Of a stretch of DNA of 56,718 bases, positions 34,439 to 47,204 are shown piece by piece. Numbering within the stretch: the first letter of the stretch is position 1; each line of letters begins with the position of its first letter. The DNA lies in assembly GCF_001194135.2 (NCBI RefSeq), contig NC_068988.1, positions 11,638,582 to 11,695,299 on the forward strand, given 5' to 3'. The notes under the pieces are model-generated. The model searched no databases and was not told the origin of the DNA. It saw only the letters and a list, made by a program, of their open reading frames with translations. The stretch comes from Octopus bimaculoides (Eukaryota). The position numbers and the translations under genes are program-made.

Positions 34439-36114
34439 ACATGCACACATATAATATATATTATAAGAAATGCGAATATGCATGTACGTACGTACATATG
34501 AATGCATGTATGTACGTACGTATGTAATACCTAACTGTAAATTTTCAGAGCCAAACGAAAAAACGTTTTAAGTTACAAGTGTGAAGTCATTCAATTGCTA
34601 TACATCATTTAAAGGCTGCAAGTTCCACAGCCAAGGTAATGGAATGATTGATCATCATTTGGTGGTCAGTGGTTTACTGTAATGGGCAACAGGAGAGATC
34701 GATAATTTCAATTGCCGCGAGGATATAGTCTCTGACTTTTCGGCTTCAGCAACACTTGAAGCGAAACCTTTGCCACATCGATCTCAGGACATAACGTTTT
34801 CTTTCGAACCTAACCAATGCTTTTCTCTTTCCTAATTGGCCTTGACTAAGAACAGAGCTATTGTTTTGTATTGTGTCTCTCTTTCCTTCGAATTTGCATT
34901 CGTAATCTAACTGAAGCATGAGCCGTCTCCATTATGAATTGCATCGATGGGGCTTGTCTTGAGAGGATAACTGTTACACCGGATACACAGGATTTTTCAA
35001 AATATTCTCATCGATGCAAATTTGTAGCTATTTGCCCGGACCTTAACCTTCAAAGATCCTCAAGGGAAGCGTTTCTTAAATTCATTGCACCTTAACCGAT
35101 CGAAATTTATATTGCCAATCTCCATATCACAAATGCATTGTCCTCAGCACCTTAACACGTTGATTCGATCGCGTTTGTCTTTATCATATACTGTCATTTC
35201 CAAATGATGACCCCGTTAGAATTTTTTTAAATTAGCAGCAATCACAAGTGATTTCATGATCTTTTCCCCCATCCAGCAGAAGCATTTCTTTGTTATTTTA
35301 AAATGTTAGCAATAACTTCATAGACACGACATTGAAGTACATCTGGTGATGAGGCACCAAACCAAGAGTTTAGGGATTCTGGAGGAAAATGGAATTACAC
35401 GAATATCATTCATAATCTCATGTCCGCTCTAGCCTGAGTTGACGCTACTGTTGAAGGGCCCAAGTTATAGAATAATAACAGATGGTGTCCCTGTGACTAA
35501 GGTTGATAGAACTTGGTGGTCTAATCCCTATATATGTCACATATATCCATTGGTGTGTGGTCATTCACTGATGTCACGTGAGCCAACCCCTCTGTGCATC
35601 AAGGTTAAGCTCAGTAGGGCAGGAGATTAGTGGACTAATCTGTAAATAAACAGGTACCGATAGGAGACTTTGGATACCACTGCTATATGTATCTCAAGAA
35701 ATATCATGAACTTTCAAACACTGGTATAGAGGTCCATGATCTCCGACACCTTTAAAACAAGCATGATACCAAAAGAGAGACCGATCGAAAGAAGCAGGTA
35801 GAGGCAAAGAAGCAACGAGAGAAAGAGAGAGAGAGTGTGTGTGTGTGTGTTTTTGTGTGGCAGAGAGATAGAGATACAAACAGACAGTCATAGCTTAATC
35901 ATTACTGAACGGAATACGAAATCCTTCGCGAAACCTAAGAAACATAATCTTATCCTATTCTGTGAAGTACATTAGTGTCACCATTTTTTATTCTGGGATT
36001 CTGAAATGCAGTTGTTTCCTTGTTTATCTTAGTATGTTTGTCTGAAGTATTTATTTGCGTATTCACACCTACGCCATATTGTTTCTCTTGAATTTACAAC
36101 CACATCAGACGCAG

Positions 36115-36470
36115 ACAATGATGATTGACGTTCGTGATGATAATATAGATGATGACAATAATGGCTAAGATGAGGATCATTATGATACTTCTGATGATGA
36201 CGACACCGACGCCAATTACGATGATGATGATGATTATGATGATGATGATGACGCCGCCGTCGGTGACGATTACGGTGATAATAACAACGATCACAACGCC
36301 AACGATGCTGATGGCGATGAATACGATGATGATAATGATGACGATAATGTCGACGCTGAAGATGGCGATGATGATTAAGACAATGCTGATAATGCCGACA
36401 GCTATACTGACGAAGCCGATGATGATGACGAAGCCGATGTCTGGAGCAGTGTCTATAATGATGAATCAAC
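36115..36470. repeat. Cryptic (GAT/GAC/GCC)n trinucleotide low-complexity tract
   Basis: Degenerate GAT repeats; explains ORFs 36029..36478. Confidence 0.85.
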
Positions 36471-37406
36471 TAATATGATTATATAAAACGCTGATGATAA
36501 TTTGCAACAACAAAATTATTTCATCTATTTTATGTAAGGATTTAATCAATCGACTCAGCTATAAAATAATAAGAAGAAAAAGGCAAATTCGAACTGAACT
36601 TAAAAAACTATGAACCAGCCAAGTATGAACCATAAATAAACCCTCCAGTTCGGATCTGTGGCCTTTACAACTGTAGAATTTATGAATAATGACTTGTAAT
36701 TACCGAACCGTAGCCATACAATGCTTTTGCTACTAGATCGGTTTTTTTCCCTAGTTTTGCTCTTTAAACCCCGTCCTTCTCTTCATCTCCACCTAGATTT
36801 TGCTTGTTTCTTTTATGTTTTCATTGCCTGTTTATTTTATCTTATTTTTGGGGTTTTTTTACTCTCCCCCATCACATCACACCATACAACACTCATCCTC
36901 CACGTCCTCCTTTTCCTCCTCCTCCTTGCTCTTACAAAATTATAATTTGTTAGCGCTCTGTTGAAGATAAATTTGATTAGGTTTTCCCAAAAAGCTTCTC
37001 TGAATTCAATGCTAGATTAATTTGTCAAACATTTATGTTATTTTTTTTTTTTTATTTAATTACACTTAATTACATTATCGGAGTACCAAACCAAACACGA
37101 GTAGACTTCCATTTGCAACCTCTAGATTCTTTAAATCGACTTAAAGTACTTCATTTTCTGCTCCTCTTAGCTTCTTATCGAGGATGTCTGGCTCTGCTAT
37201 TATGGTTGTTATACTTGCATTTCCTCAACTTGTTACCGTTTTTTTTTAAATTTTAATTTCGTTTGTTTTCCCTGTTGCTTTATTAAACTATTATTACTAT
37301 CCATTCCTTATATATATATATATATATNNNNNNNNNNNNNNNNNNNNNNNNNNNNNNNNNNNNNNNNNNNNNNNNNNNNNNNNACAGTAAATATATATAT
37401 ATAGAT

Positions 37407-37720
37407 GCAGAGGTTCGATGCAAGGGTTTCGCAGCCCGTTCCTTGAGCAGAGCCTCCAGGAGTTTGGGCATCGAAGGAGTGAGATGGGGGAAGGCCATCG
37501 CAGTACCAACCGTCGATGCAGCAGAGAGGGCTTCAAAATGGCTGTAGATCAAAAGACGAGAGCCATGGGGTAACTGGCTGACCATTTGGACACAAGCTGG
37601 GGTCTGATCAGCCCCAGCGAGGACACCTGGAAGAGGGCGTATGATGTTGAAAGACCCGAAACACCTGATGATACCAGGCACCTCACTGAAGGTGTGTCGA
37701 GATGCATCAGTCATTGATGT
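37407..37720 (+). mobile_element. 3' end of a Hero-like (R2 superfamily, RLE) non-LTR retrotransposon
   Basis: AEVRCKGFAARSLSRASRSLGIEG / KAIAVPTVDAAERASKWL*IKRREPW matches the Hero terminal motif EVGCRGF..SL..LGI.G..AAE.AS.WLW.KR; then a 3' UTR-like ..GAAAGACCCGAAACACC... Confidence 0.8.
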
Positions 37721-37860
37721 ACGCATACAACTAATTTCATTTGAAATTATTATTATTATTATCATGATTAAGGCGATGAAATACGACGGGCTGGTAGGAT
37801 CGTTAGTACGCGTTCGGTTCAACCCTTAGATACGTTACTAGCTAAAGTAAGGATATAAAC

Positions 37861-38260
37861 CAGTGGTTCTCAACCGAGGTCCTCGTGGCCCGTAAGGGTT
37901 CGTATAAGATCTTGTTGTTAAGATTAATGTTTGTGTTTTAAAGCACACAACCCAATAGGATCATTATCAAGATTGGTTGTGTGAATGTGCATGGCTTGGG
38001 GCCCCCTTGGAAACAAGGATACCTCTTAAATAACATAATGTCACGCGATTTGAGAATGATAGCCATAAGTGAGACCAGACTCCATGAATGTTTAAGAAAT
38101 TAGCTATATTTCTACAGTACTCAAAATATTCTAAACAATTTATTAAATACAATTCCTAACAATATTGAATTACGTAAATATAATGGGATTTTTTTATATA
38201 CATTCAATGGCTATAGAATTAAATAAATCCATTGGCAAAAAATATGGTCGAGAACCACTG
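37861..38260. mobile_element. hAT MITE, 400 bp
   Basis: TIRs CAGTGGTTCTCAACC / GGTCGAGAACCACTG; 8-bp TSD ATATAAAC / ATATACAC (7/8). Confidence 0.9.
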
Positions 38261-38752
38261 ATATACACAGAGAAGAAATGGCCACGGATGGAATGACTCT
38301 CATAGGGTTTTCTAAATCATGATGTTTGCTTAATCTGAAACAGCAGCAGTAACACCAAGAGCTGCAACAGCAGCAACAGCCACCACCACCACCACTACCG
38401 CATCAACAGCAACAGTAGTAGCGGCGGGGGTAGCAACGCTCCGTTTTTCTCTCTCAATGACGCCATTATATTTCTGCTTTATATTCCACCATTGTTTCGC
38501 AATTGTTTCCATTGTCGTGGCAACTTTTCACCTAATTCTACGACACTGCCTTCCATCGTCCTGTCTTCTTGTGCTTCTTGCATTCTTTCGCTATCGATCT
38601 CTTTCCTTGTTTTAACTCTTTGCTTCGAACTATGAACGTCTATCCAGTCTATTTAATACAAGTTCCGAAAGCAACCTCTGCCCTCCCCTCTCTTTGTTTG
38701 TATATAAAACCGTGTATATATATACATACACATACATACATACACACACACG

Positions 38753-38817
<65 letters not shown>

Positions 38818-39068
38818 ATGTATGTATATGTATGTATATACATACATAGAAACCGTACAAAATTACATACAAATGTATATATATAGATATGCATACACAT
38901 ACTCACACACACACACACTCACATATATATAATGTATGTATGTGTATATTTGTGTGTCTGTGTGTCTACACAGCCCCTCTTTCTTTCAATAACTCTCTCT
39001 TTCTTGTTTTCTCTCTTCTCAGACTTTACTGCTCTCATCATTACGCTCTCGTATCTCCCTCTTTCTCC

Positions 39069-39110
<42 letters not shown>

Positions 39111-39911
39111 ATCATATACATGCACAACCATTCTTTCTCTCTCTCCTCCTACTCTCTCTCTCTCTCGCTACCTTCTTCTCTTTCACCCCTCACTCTTTAC
39201 TCATACACAGGAACACGCTTTCTTCTTTCACCCCCCACCTTCTACTTATTCCTCATCACGTTCTCCTCTCTCGTTCTTTATCGATAACTCTCTCTCGCTT
39301 CCCTCTATCCTCCCCCCTTCCTACCTCCTCTCTCTCTCTCTCTATCTCTCTCTCTTTCTCTCTCTATATATCTCTCTCTCTCATTCTCTCTCTCACTCTC
39401 TCTCTCTCTCTCTCCCTCTCTGTCACTCCCTCCCTCCCCCTCTCTCTCCGCAAACACAAAACTTATTAATCTAATCAACGACCTTTATTATTGACTTTTC
39501 AGACTCGCTAACTTTAGTAATTTGTTTCTGATGTAACTGCGCTTAATGGTGGCGCTGATGATGGTGGTGTTTGTGATAAGGTTGGCTACAGCTCCTCTAG
39601 TGGTGGTGTGGGGGCCAGCAGTGGTAGTGGTGTTCGATGATCATGCCACAATGTATTAGCGCTAGTTTATGTATTTCAATGCTGCTACCTATCATCGGTT
39701 CAGTCGAATACAGAGCGACTTCCTTGAACGGACACCCTGGCCAGTTGCCTGTGGGTCTCCCACGAGTCTAGGGGCCCGATGCTAATCTATGCACGATGGG
39801 GCTCACTGTCAATAAATAAATATTATAGGTATGCTTGTCTTTTTCCAGTACTCTTGTTAGTTTCATTGTGTGTGTGCATACATCTGTATCAAGTATATAT
39901 ATATATATACA

Positions 39912-39955
<44 letters not shown>

Positions 39956-40229
39956 TGAGCGTGTGTGCGTATATCTAAGTGGAGGGTTTCTTTATATATA
40001 CATATATGTTTGTGTAGGTGTGTATGTGTATGTATGTGAACGTGTGTGTACATATCTATGCGGTGGTCTATCTATATATACATATATGTATGTGAATGCG
40101 TGTGTGCATGTGTGTGCATGCGTGTGTCTGTGTTTGTGTGTGAACGTGTGTATTCATATCTATGTGGTTATTTCTCTATATATACATATATGTATGTATA
40201 TGTGTGCTTGCGTGTGTATGTATGTGTTC

Positions 40230-40263
<34 letters not shown>

Positions 40264-40927
40264 ATGTGAGTGTGTGGACATATGTATGTACGTATGCCTC
40301 TCGATGTAATATGTATGTATATATATACATGTTCGCGCGTGTATGTATTTCTCGCTCTGTATATGTATATATATATATGCATGCATATATATGCATATGT
40401 GAGTGTGTGTATGATTGTGTGTGTGTATGTGCATATACACAAGCACACAATGTGTACATATGTGCGAATGCGTGTGTATAAAACGAGAATAAAATTAATA
40501 ACTGTTACAGCGCCTCAAACAGCACACACACACAAACGCACACGCACACGCGCACATGCACACATACAACGCACGCGCACGCTCGCACACAATTATTCGT
40601 TGCTGTTCTCTATTTGCTGATGGTGATATCTGTGATGGGAAATGATAAATTTGTTGCAGCAATTCTTGTCATCAGAATCTTTATTTCGTTATTAATATTA
40701 CTTGATGTGATTATAGCCGTAGTGGTAGAGAGGATGGTGGTGGTGGCGGTGGTGGTAGCGGCAGTGGCGGATGAGGCGGGACTATCGCACAGAAGATAGC
40801 GGAAGAGACATGAAAGTCAGAAATGTGTTTAGTATCTATGCCAGCCCGTAACGAGCAGTTCCATAATCAAAGACGATCCAATACCGAGCATTACAGGTAG
40901 TTTTAATTTTTAGACAGACATCTCTTT

Positions 40928-41052
40928 CACACCATGTTGTTGCGGGTTCAGTCCCACTGTATGCTACCCTTGGCAAGCGCCATCTAAGATAGCGAGTCGA
41001 CTGCAAACTTATCAGTGGATTTGGTAAACAGAAATTGAAAGAAGTCCGTCGA
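40928..41052 (+). mobile_element. SINE family B, partial 5' half
   Basis: GGGTTCAGTCCCACTG..CCCTTGGCAAG..GGATTTGGTAAACAGAAATTGAAAGAAGTCCGTCG. Confidence 0.8.
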
Positions 41053-41081
41053 TGATGATATATATATATATATGCACACAC

Positions 41082-41113
<32 letters not shown>

Positions 41114-41340
41114 TTCAACTTCTTCTTGAGTTCAAGCCGCATGCTAACAAAGCGAACCGCATGCACCTTTTCACATAAGTATCTCACATGTCTAACAAAT
41201 CTTTACTATTCCACTAATAGATTGGACTTGAAGAAATCGCCTAAGTTACTTTTGCACTTTTTTTCTGTATGAATTTATGCATATATATATATTTATATAT
41301 ATTTCGTTTTTGGATTCTTTATGTGAGTTCCTGTGTTGAA

Positions 41341-41573
41341 GCATATTCTGTTGTGTCTGGAGAGGGTCATTCTTAGAATTTAACACACTCACCGGTAAAA
41401 TTTACTTATTTACTTATTTATTTTTCTAAACTTTTCTTTGCGTCTTGCAATCTTTTCAATGGTTGTTGATATTCTCTTTTATATAAATAAGTAAATGAGT
41501 GGAAATTTTACTGGTGAGTGTGTTAAATCATAAGGCACTAAAAGAGAATGACTCTCCCCAGATGCAGCATATC
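41341..41573. repeat. Foldback-type inverted repeat (arms about 80 bp, spacer about 63 bp)
   Basis: Left TTTAACACACTCACCGGTAAAATTTACTTATTTACTTATTTA vs rc of right TTTAACACACTCACCAGTAAAATTTCCACTCATTTACTTATTTA; GAG.GTCATTCT also shared. Confidence 0.85.
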
Positions 41574-42311
41574 GTTAGTAGAAATACATAAATCCGAAGG
41601 AGGAGCACACTCTAAGATGTAGAACAGTTAATATTATAATGGGGGCCGGTTTATGATGTTACTCGGGTAAGACTTCTGTCTTAGGCCAGCAGTGTTTGGA
41701 GTCTGAAACCCAAGGTCACCGACCCCCTTTATAATATATATATATACATACACATACATACATATCTCAGCTCATCTCATCTTCTACACCCACTTAATTC
41801 TGGGAGGGTCAAGGGGACATATTTCTCGACCACACCTTCCTCTCTTCAAATTGACGTGGCTGGTTCCCCACGCAAGACCGACCCGGCTCATGGATGGTAT
41901 CCAGTCATTCTTCCTCATGATCTTCCCCTTTCAGAGTTGATAAAATAAGGACCAGATGCACACTGGGCTCGATGTAATCAACTTAAGCCCTTCCCTTTAC
42001 TTACTGGTCTGGTGTTAAAATCTGAAACCGATATTACAATCTGTACCTTCCTGATGATATACTCTCATGCCAAAGCATAATAGTTTCTAACGCTTGGCTA
42101 TTAGTATTGCCACGCAGAACAGAAGAGAAATCATGTGTGGGGAGTGGGCGTGTGTATTTGTGTGTGTGTGTGTATGTGTATTGTCTCTTCTTTCGATCAT
42201 TAGACGGCAGCCTTGAAGAGTTTTTAGCCCCGAACGTTATTCGCAGTTAGAAAGCCGTAAACGAACTAACACCGGTTGTGCAGCTGCGGTGAGAGACAAG
42301 CACAGATACAA

Positions 42312-42370
<59 letters not shown>

Positions 42371-42720
42371 NNNNNNNNNNNNNNNNNNNNNNNNNNNNNN
42401 NNNNNNNNNNNNNNNNNNNNNNNNNNNNNNNNNNNNNNNNNNNNNNNNNNNNNNNNNNNNNNNNNNNNNNNNNNNNNNNNNNNNNNNNNNNNNNNNNNNN
42501 NNNNNNNNNNNNNNNNNNNNNNNNNNNNNNNNNNNNNNNNNNNNNNNNNNNNNNNNNNNNNNNNNNNNNNNNNNNNNNNNNNNNNNNNNNNNNNNNNNNN
42601 NNNNNNNNNNNNNNNNNNNNNNNNNNNNNNNNNNNNNNNNNNNNNNNNNNNNNNNNNNNNNNNNNNNNNNNNNNNNNNNNNNNNNNNNNNNNNNNNNNNN
42701 NNNNNNNNNNNNNNNNNNNN

Positions 42721-42768
<48 letters not shown>

Positions 42769-42771
<3 letters not shown>

Positions 42772-43048
42772 CGCGGGAGTGGCTGTGTGGTAAGTAGCTT
42801 GCTTACCAACCACATGGTTTCGGGTTCAAGAATGTATATATATATGTGTGTGTTTGTGTGTCTATCCAACATTCCCAACATCGCTTGACAACCGATGCTG
42901 GTGTGTTTACGTCCCCGAGGCCTAGCGGTTCGGCAAAAGAGATCGATAGAATAAATACTAGGCTTACAAAGTCCTGGGGGTCGATTGTCTCGACTAAAGG
43001 CGGTGCTCCAGCATGGCCGCAGTCAAATGACTGAAACAAGTAAAAGAG
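42769..43048 (+). mobile_element. SINE family B, young, lacking the CORE-like segment
   Basis: Head runs GGGTTCA directly into AGAATG(TA)n, then an intact 3' half. Confidence 0.9.
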
Positions 43049-43748
43049 TATGTATGTATGTATGTATGTACAGAGGGCTTCTTACAGTTTCTGTGAGTGT
43101 GGTTTGCCTACTGTTTCTGACAGCTTAACTAAACGCACGGTATCTCTCTCTCTCGTCGTATCTTTTCCAATGGCAGTTACTTTCACTGACATCAGAGATA
43201 ATTCTCTTCAATATTAAACCAGTATTCATTGTTATGATTGTTGATTTTGATAGCTATGGCTCTTCCTGTTGTTGCACATTATTTTTCTCCACACTGGTTA
43301 TTGTTGTTTGTGGTAGTGGAGGTGGAGGTGGTCGTGGGATGTAGCTCTTGTTTCCAGTGCCCTACCAACGTATTTCCGCTAGATGTCTGCTATGAAAATA
43401 TTTGCAACCTTCCGCGTTAAAGTAATACCACTGAGGAGAAAGTTCAACGATCATTTGCAGCCGTCTTGGTCGAAACAGAAGAAGATTAATGTGTCTAGTT
43501 CACTGCTGGTGTCTCTGTAACGAAGGAAATTTGCTACGTAGCATACAGGACACGACGGTGATGACGATGATGATGGCGATGGGAGTGATGATGATGGTAA
43601 TGGCGGTGGTGGTGGCGTCGGCGGCTACAGCGACGATTTTCTTGAAGTTAGTTTGCATATGGCTTACAAATACTGGATAAGCAGACGATGTTAGTTGTTT
43701 GCTGGTTCTGAATGATACAACCCGAAACATGCACAAACATATAACGTG

Positions 43749-43822
<74 letters not shown>

Positions 43823-43835
43823 AATGTATATATAA

Positions 43836-43993
43836 GGCGGCGAGCTGGCAGAAACGTTAGCACGCCGGGCGAAACGCTTAGCGGTATTTCGTCTGCTGTT
43901 ACTTTCTGAGTTCAAATTCTGCCGAGGTCGACTTTGCGTTTCATCCTTTCGGTGTCGTTTAAATAAGTACCAGTTACGCACTGGGGTCGATGT
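43836..43993 (+). mobile_element. SINE family A, 3'-truncated by the adjacent family B copy
   Basis: GGCGGCGAGCTGGCAGAAACG.. through CTGGGGTCGATGTA. Confidence 0.93.
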
Positions 43994-44008
43994 ATATATG
44001 TATATATA

Positions 44009-44430
44009 GGTGCAGGAGTGGCTGTGTGGTAAGTAGCTTGCTTACCAGCCACATGGTTCCGAGTTCAGTCCCACTGCGTGGCATCTTGGGTAAGTGTCTT
44101 CTACTATAACCTCGGGCCGACCAAAGCCTTGTAAGTGGATTTGGTAGACGGAAACTGAAAGAAGCCCGTCGTATGTATGTATGTATATATATATATGTGT
44201 GTGTGTGTGTGTATGTTTGTGTGTCTGTGATTGTCCCCACTATCATTGCTTGACAACCGATGCTGGTGTGTTCATGTCTCCGTCACTTAGCGGTTTGGCA
44301 AAAGAGACCGATAGAATAAATAATAGGCTTACAAAGAATAAGTCCCGGGGTCGATTTGCTCGAGTAAAGGCGGTGCTCCAGCATGGCCGCAGTCAAATGA
44401 CTGAAATAAGTAAAAGAGAGTAAAAGAGAG
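44009..44430 (+). mobile_element. SINE family B, full length, young
   Basis: GGTGCAGGAGTGGCTGTGTGGTAAG..CATCTTGGGTAAGTGTCTTC..CCCGTCG(TA/TG)n..GTCAAATGACTGAAATAAGTAAAAGAG. Confidence 0.95.
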
Positions 44431-45056
44431 TATATGTGTGTGTGTGCATATATAAATATGTATATATATATATATACATGCACATATATATATAATATAT
44501 ACATTCATATATATACTCATACACACACACCTATATATATATATATATATATATATACTACATATATGTAAAACTTTTAACTCAGTTTGTAGAAGCTAGT
44601 AATGAAGCCGGTGTTTGTTGATGCCAGATGGCATTAGAGGTATTATTTAGCCGAAGGTGACCCTTAATCGTGTACACCTATGACTAAAATCCATTCCAAC
44701 CGTAACCACATTGCTATTATTTTACATCGAAGACTGCACTATCCAATACAACCCTCACTTATGTTTTAGAAAACAATGGAAAATGGTTCGAAGACGATCT
44801 GTGCGCTACTTCGAATGGTTGTGAGACTTTGTAGAAATAGTAGCATCCATCATGGCGTTGTTCTTCGTTTCTCATGAATGCTTAATACGATGAAGTGTTT
44901 TAATAAGTAGTTCATGATTTAAAATAGAGACTAGAGTGATGTTTGCGTTGGTATCGCAGCACTTGCAGATGTTGTGGAATGTAAATCGGTCGCCATGATA
45001 TCGATTTTGATTATGCTAATGATCAGGAGAATGGTAATAACATTAGTTCAGAAATC

Positions 45057-45088
<32 letters not shown>

Positions 45089-45714
45089 TCACACAAATAC
45101 ATGCTTATGTGTTCGTGTGTGTGTGTGTATTGCCTGTATAATGTACAAACAGCTAAACAACCAGGCTATAATTTACTCAGTATTAAAATGTAGAGTAATA
45201 GTGAAGTAAATAAGAATAAATTCAATAAGTACATGAAAGACGAATGACTTCAAAAATTGTATTTTACTGAAGTGTCTTCTTCCGATTTCTCCGAAATAGA
45301 ACAAACAAACACACACACAGACACACATACAACGATATATTTATAGAAGTCGTAGTAGTATGTGCGCATGCGCTGTTACAGCGCGTGGCTGCACCCAGCA
45401 TTTGTTGGTGATTCTCTATTCTTAGCAGACGATAACGTTGCACCACGCAGACGACAATGTTCAAACCCTTGAATTTGTTTAGATGGTCGTTGCTGGTGTA
45501 GCTTTTACGAGGTCGAAGTGCAAATCCTGTATGAACCTCTTATAGTCGTCCTTTTTTTTTCCATTTTATGTTGTTTTTTTTTTTGTTTTACTATTCGCAA
45601 ACATCTTTCCATTGACATGTCATTTCCACACAGTGCAATATGGGTGCGTGTGAGTGTGTGTATGTGTGTGTGTAAACATATACGTCTATATCTGAGAGAA
45701 CATATATATCTGCG

Positions 45715-46085
45715 TTTATGTATGCATGGATATATGTATGTATGCATGGATGTATGTGAATGTATGCATGTTCGTGTGTGTATGTATGTGTGTGTAACTG
45801 TACGTAATATGTAAGTATGTGCGAGTAAATGTATGTAGTATGTATGCTTGTATATATGTATATGTATGTATATATGTATGTATGTGCGTATGTATGCATG
45901 AATGTATGTATGTATGAATGCATATATGTACGTATGTATGTATGCATATATGCTCTTATGTATGTGTGCATGTATATATGTATGTATGCATATATATACG
46001 TGTGCATGTATGTATGTATGTATGTATGTATGTATGTATGTATGTATGTATGTATGTATGTGTGTATGTATGTGTGTGTGTATGT
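45715..46085. repeat. Degenerate to pure (GTAT)n tract
   Basis: Read directly; explains the MYVC/HTYI ORFs. Confidence 0.93.
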
Positions 46086-47204
46086 ATTGGGAATTGGCAA
46101 TCTCGTTAGTGCATCGGATAATTGCATTGCAGAATTTCTGACTCTACATTCTCGATTCAACTCACTCCGAGGTCAACTCTGTTGTCCTGTCTAGCTCCAT
46201 AAATGAGTTACTTAGTCTTGTACGCAGCATCACTCTTCAGTCTCCGCCCACCTACCTCCCTCTATTTCTGTTTTACTTTGTCGTTTCTCTCCATCACTCC
46301 TTTTGGAATAAGTCTTTTCTCAGACTTTGATTTGGATAAACTATGCCAGTTTTATAAACGCCAAAGACACGCCATAAGACGGGAAACTGCCCCAGCAATC
46401 CCATCCGTAGTTAAGACCCCAAGTCGAACATAATGTAAATTATATCCTGTTACAGCGAGGAACTATGACCCTGGTGCCTTGCGATACCGGCCTTTATTTT
46501 CCTTCTAGATCCCTGCCTCGCTTCTCACTGCTTTTTATTTAACTATCACACCTTTCTTACTAACCTTTGTTTAACAATTCCCCCCTCATAACGATGCACC
46601 GCCCCTACTAGATCTTCTTCACATGCACTTAGGTATTTACAAACAAGATATTTGTGTGTGGAAATTATGCTAAACACATGATGTAGTTTATACCATTTGT
46701 TCTCATAGTAAGTTTCATCGTTATGTTTATTTGCATCAGCTATTTTGTTCCAAACGCAAATGAATGTGAACCATAACAACATTTGATACGTGTAAATGTA
46801 ATGCGATAATGTTTCCCGCAGATGAATTGTCGTGGTGCAGCGAACAATAGTGCTTGGAGACCCACTGTATAAGATGCATATAACCACAACGATGAAACGT
46901 ACGGAGTGAGTAATTGATATAAACTGATCTTGTGCTTGGTATACATTTTTTCTATATTTCTTTTGTATATCACAATCGGTAATACTACTAGGGACAGAAG
47001 TAACCAAACCACATTGCTAGAAGTAGATTGGGTTAGGAGCCTTTAGATGGAGCCTCTAAACTCACTAGAAGTAGTAATACAACGAACTGTACACACAAGA
47101 AATACTATGTATATAAGTATGTATGTATTTATGTATGTTTGTATGTTTAAAGGTAGGTATGTACGTATGTATGTATTATGTATGTATGTATGTATGCATG
47201 TATG

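Noticed and set aside
36029-36478. His/Arg-rich and Met/Thr-rich ORFs
   Set aside because: Products of a cryptic (GAT)n tract, open in several frames at once.
37655-37700. Type II hammerhead in the Hero 3' UTR (GAAACACCTGATGA..CTGAAGG)
   Set aside because: Motif order and spacing do not give a consistent three-way junction.
38339-38630. About 97-codon open frame (NSSSNTK..HHHH..GGGS..)
   Set aside because: Driven by CAG/CAC/AGT repeats and a pyrimidine-rich tract; no start, splice support or homology.
46822-46905. 84-nt exon with cccgcag acceptor and GTGAGT donor
   Set aside because: All three frames contain stops.
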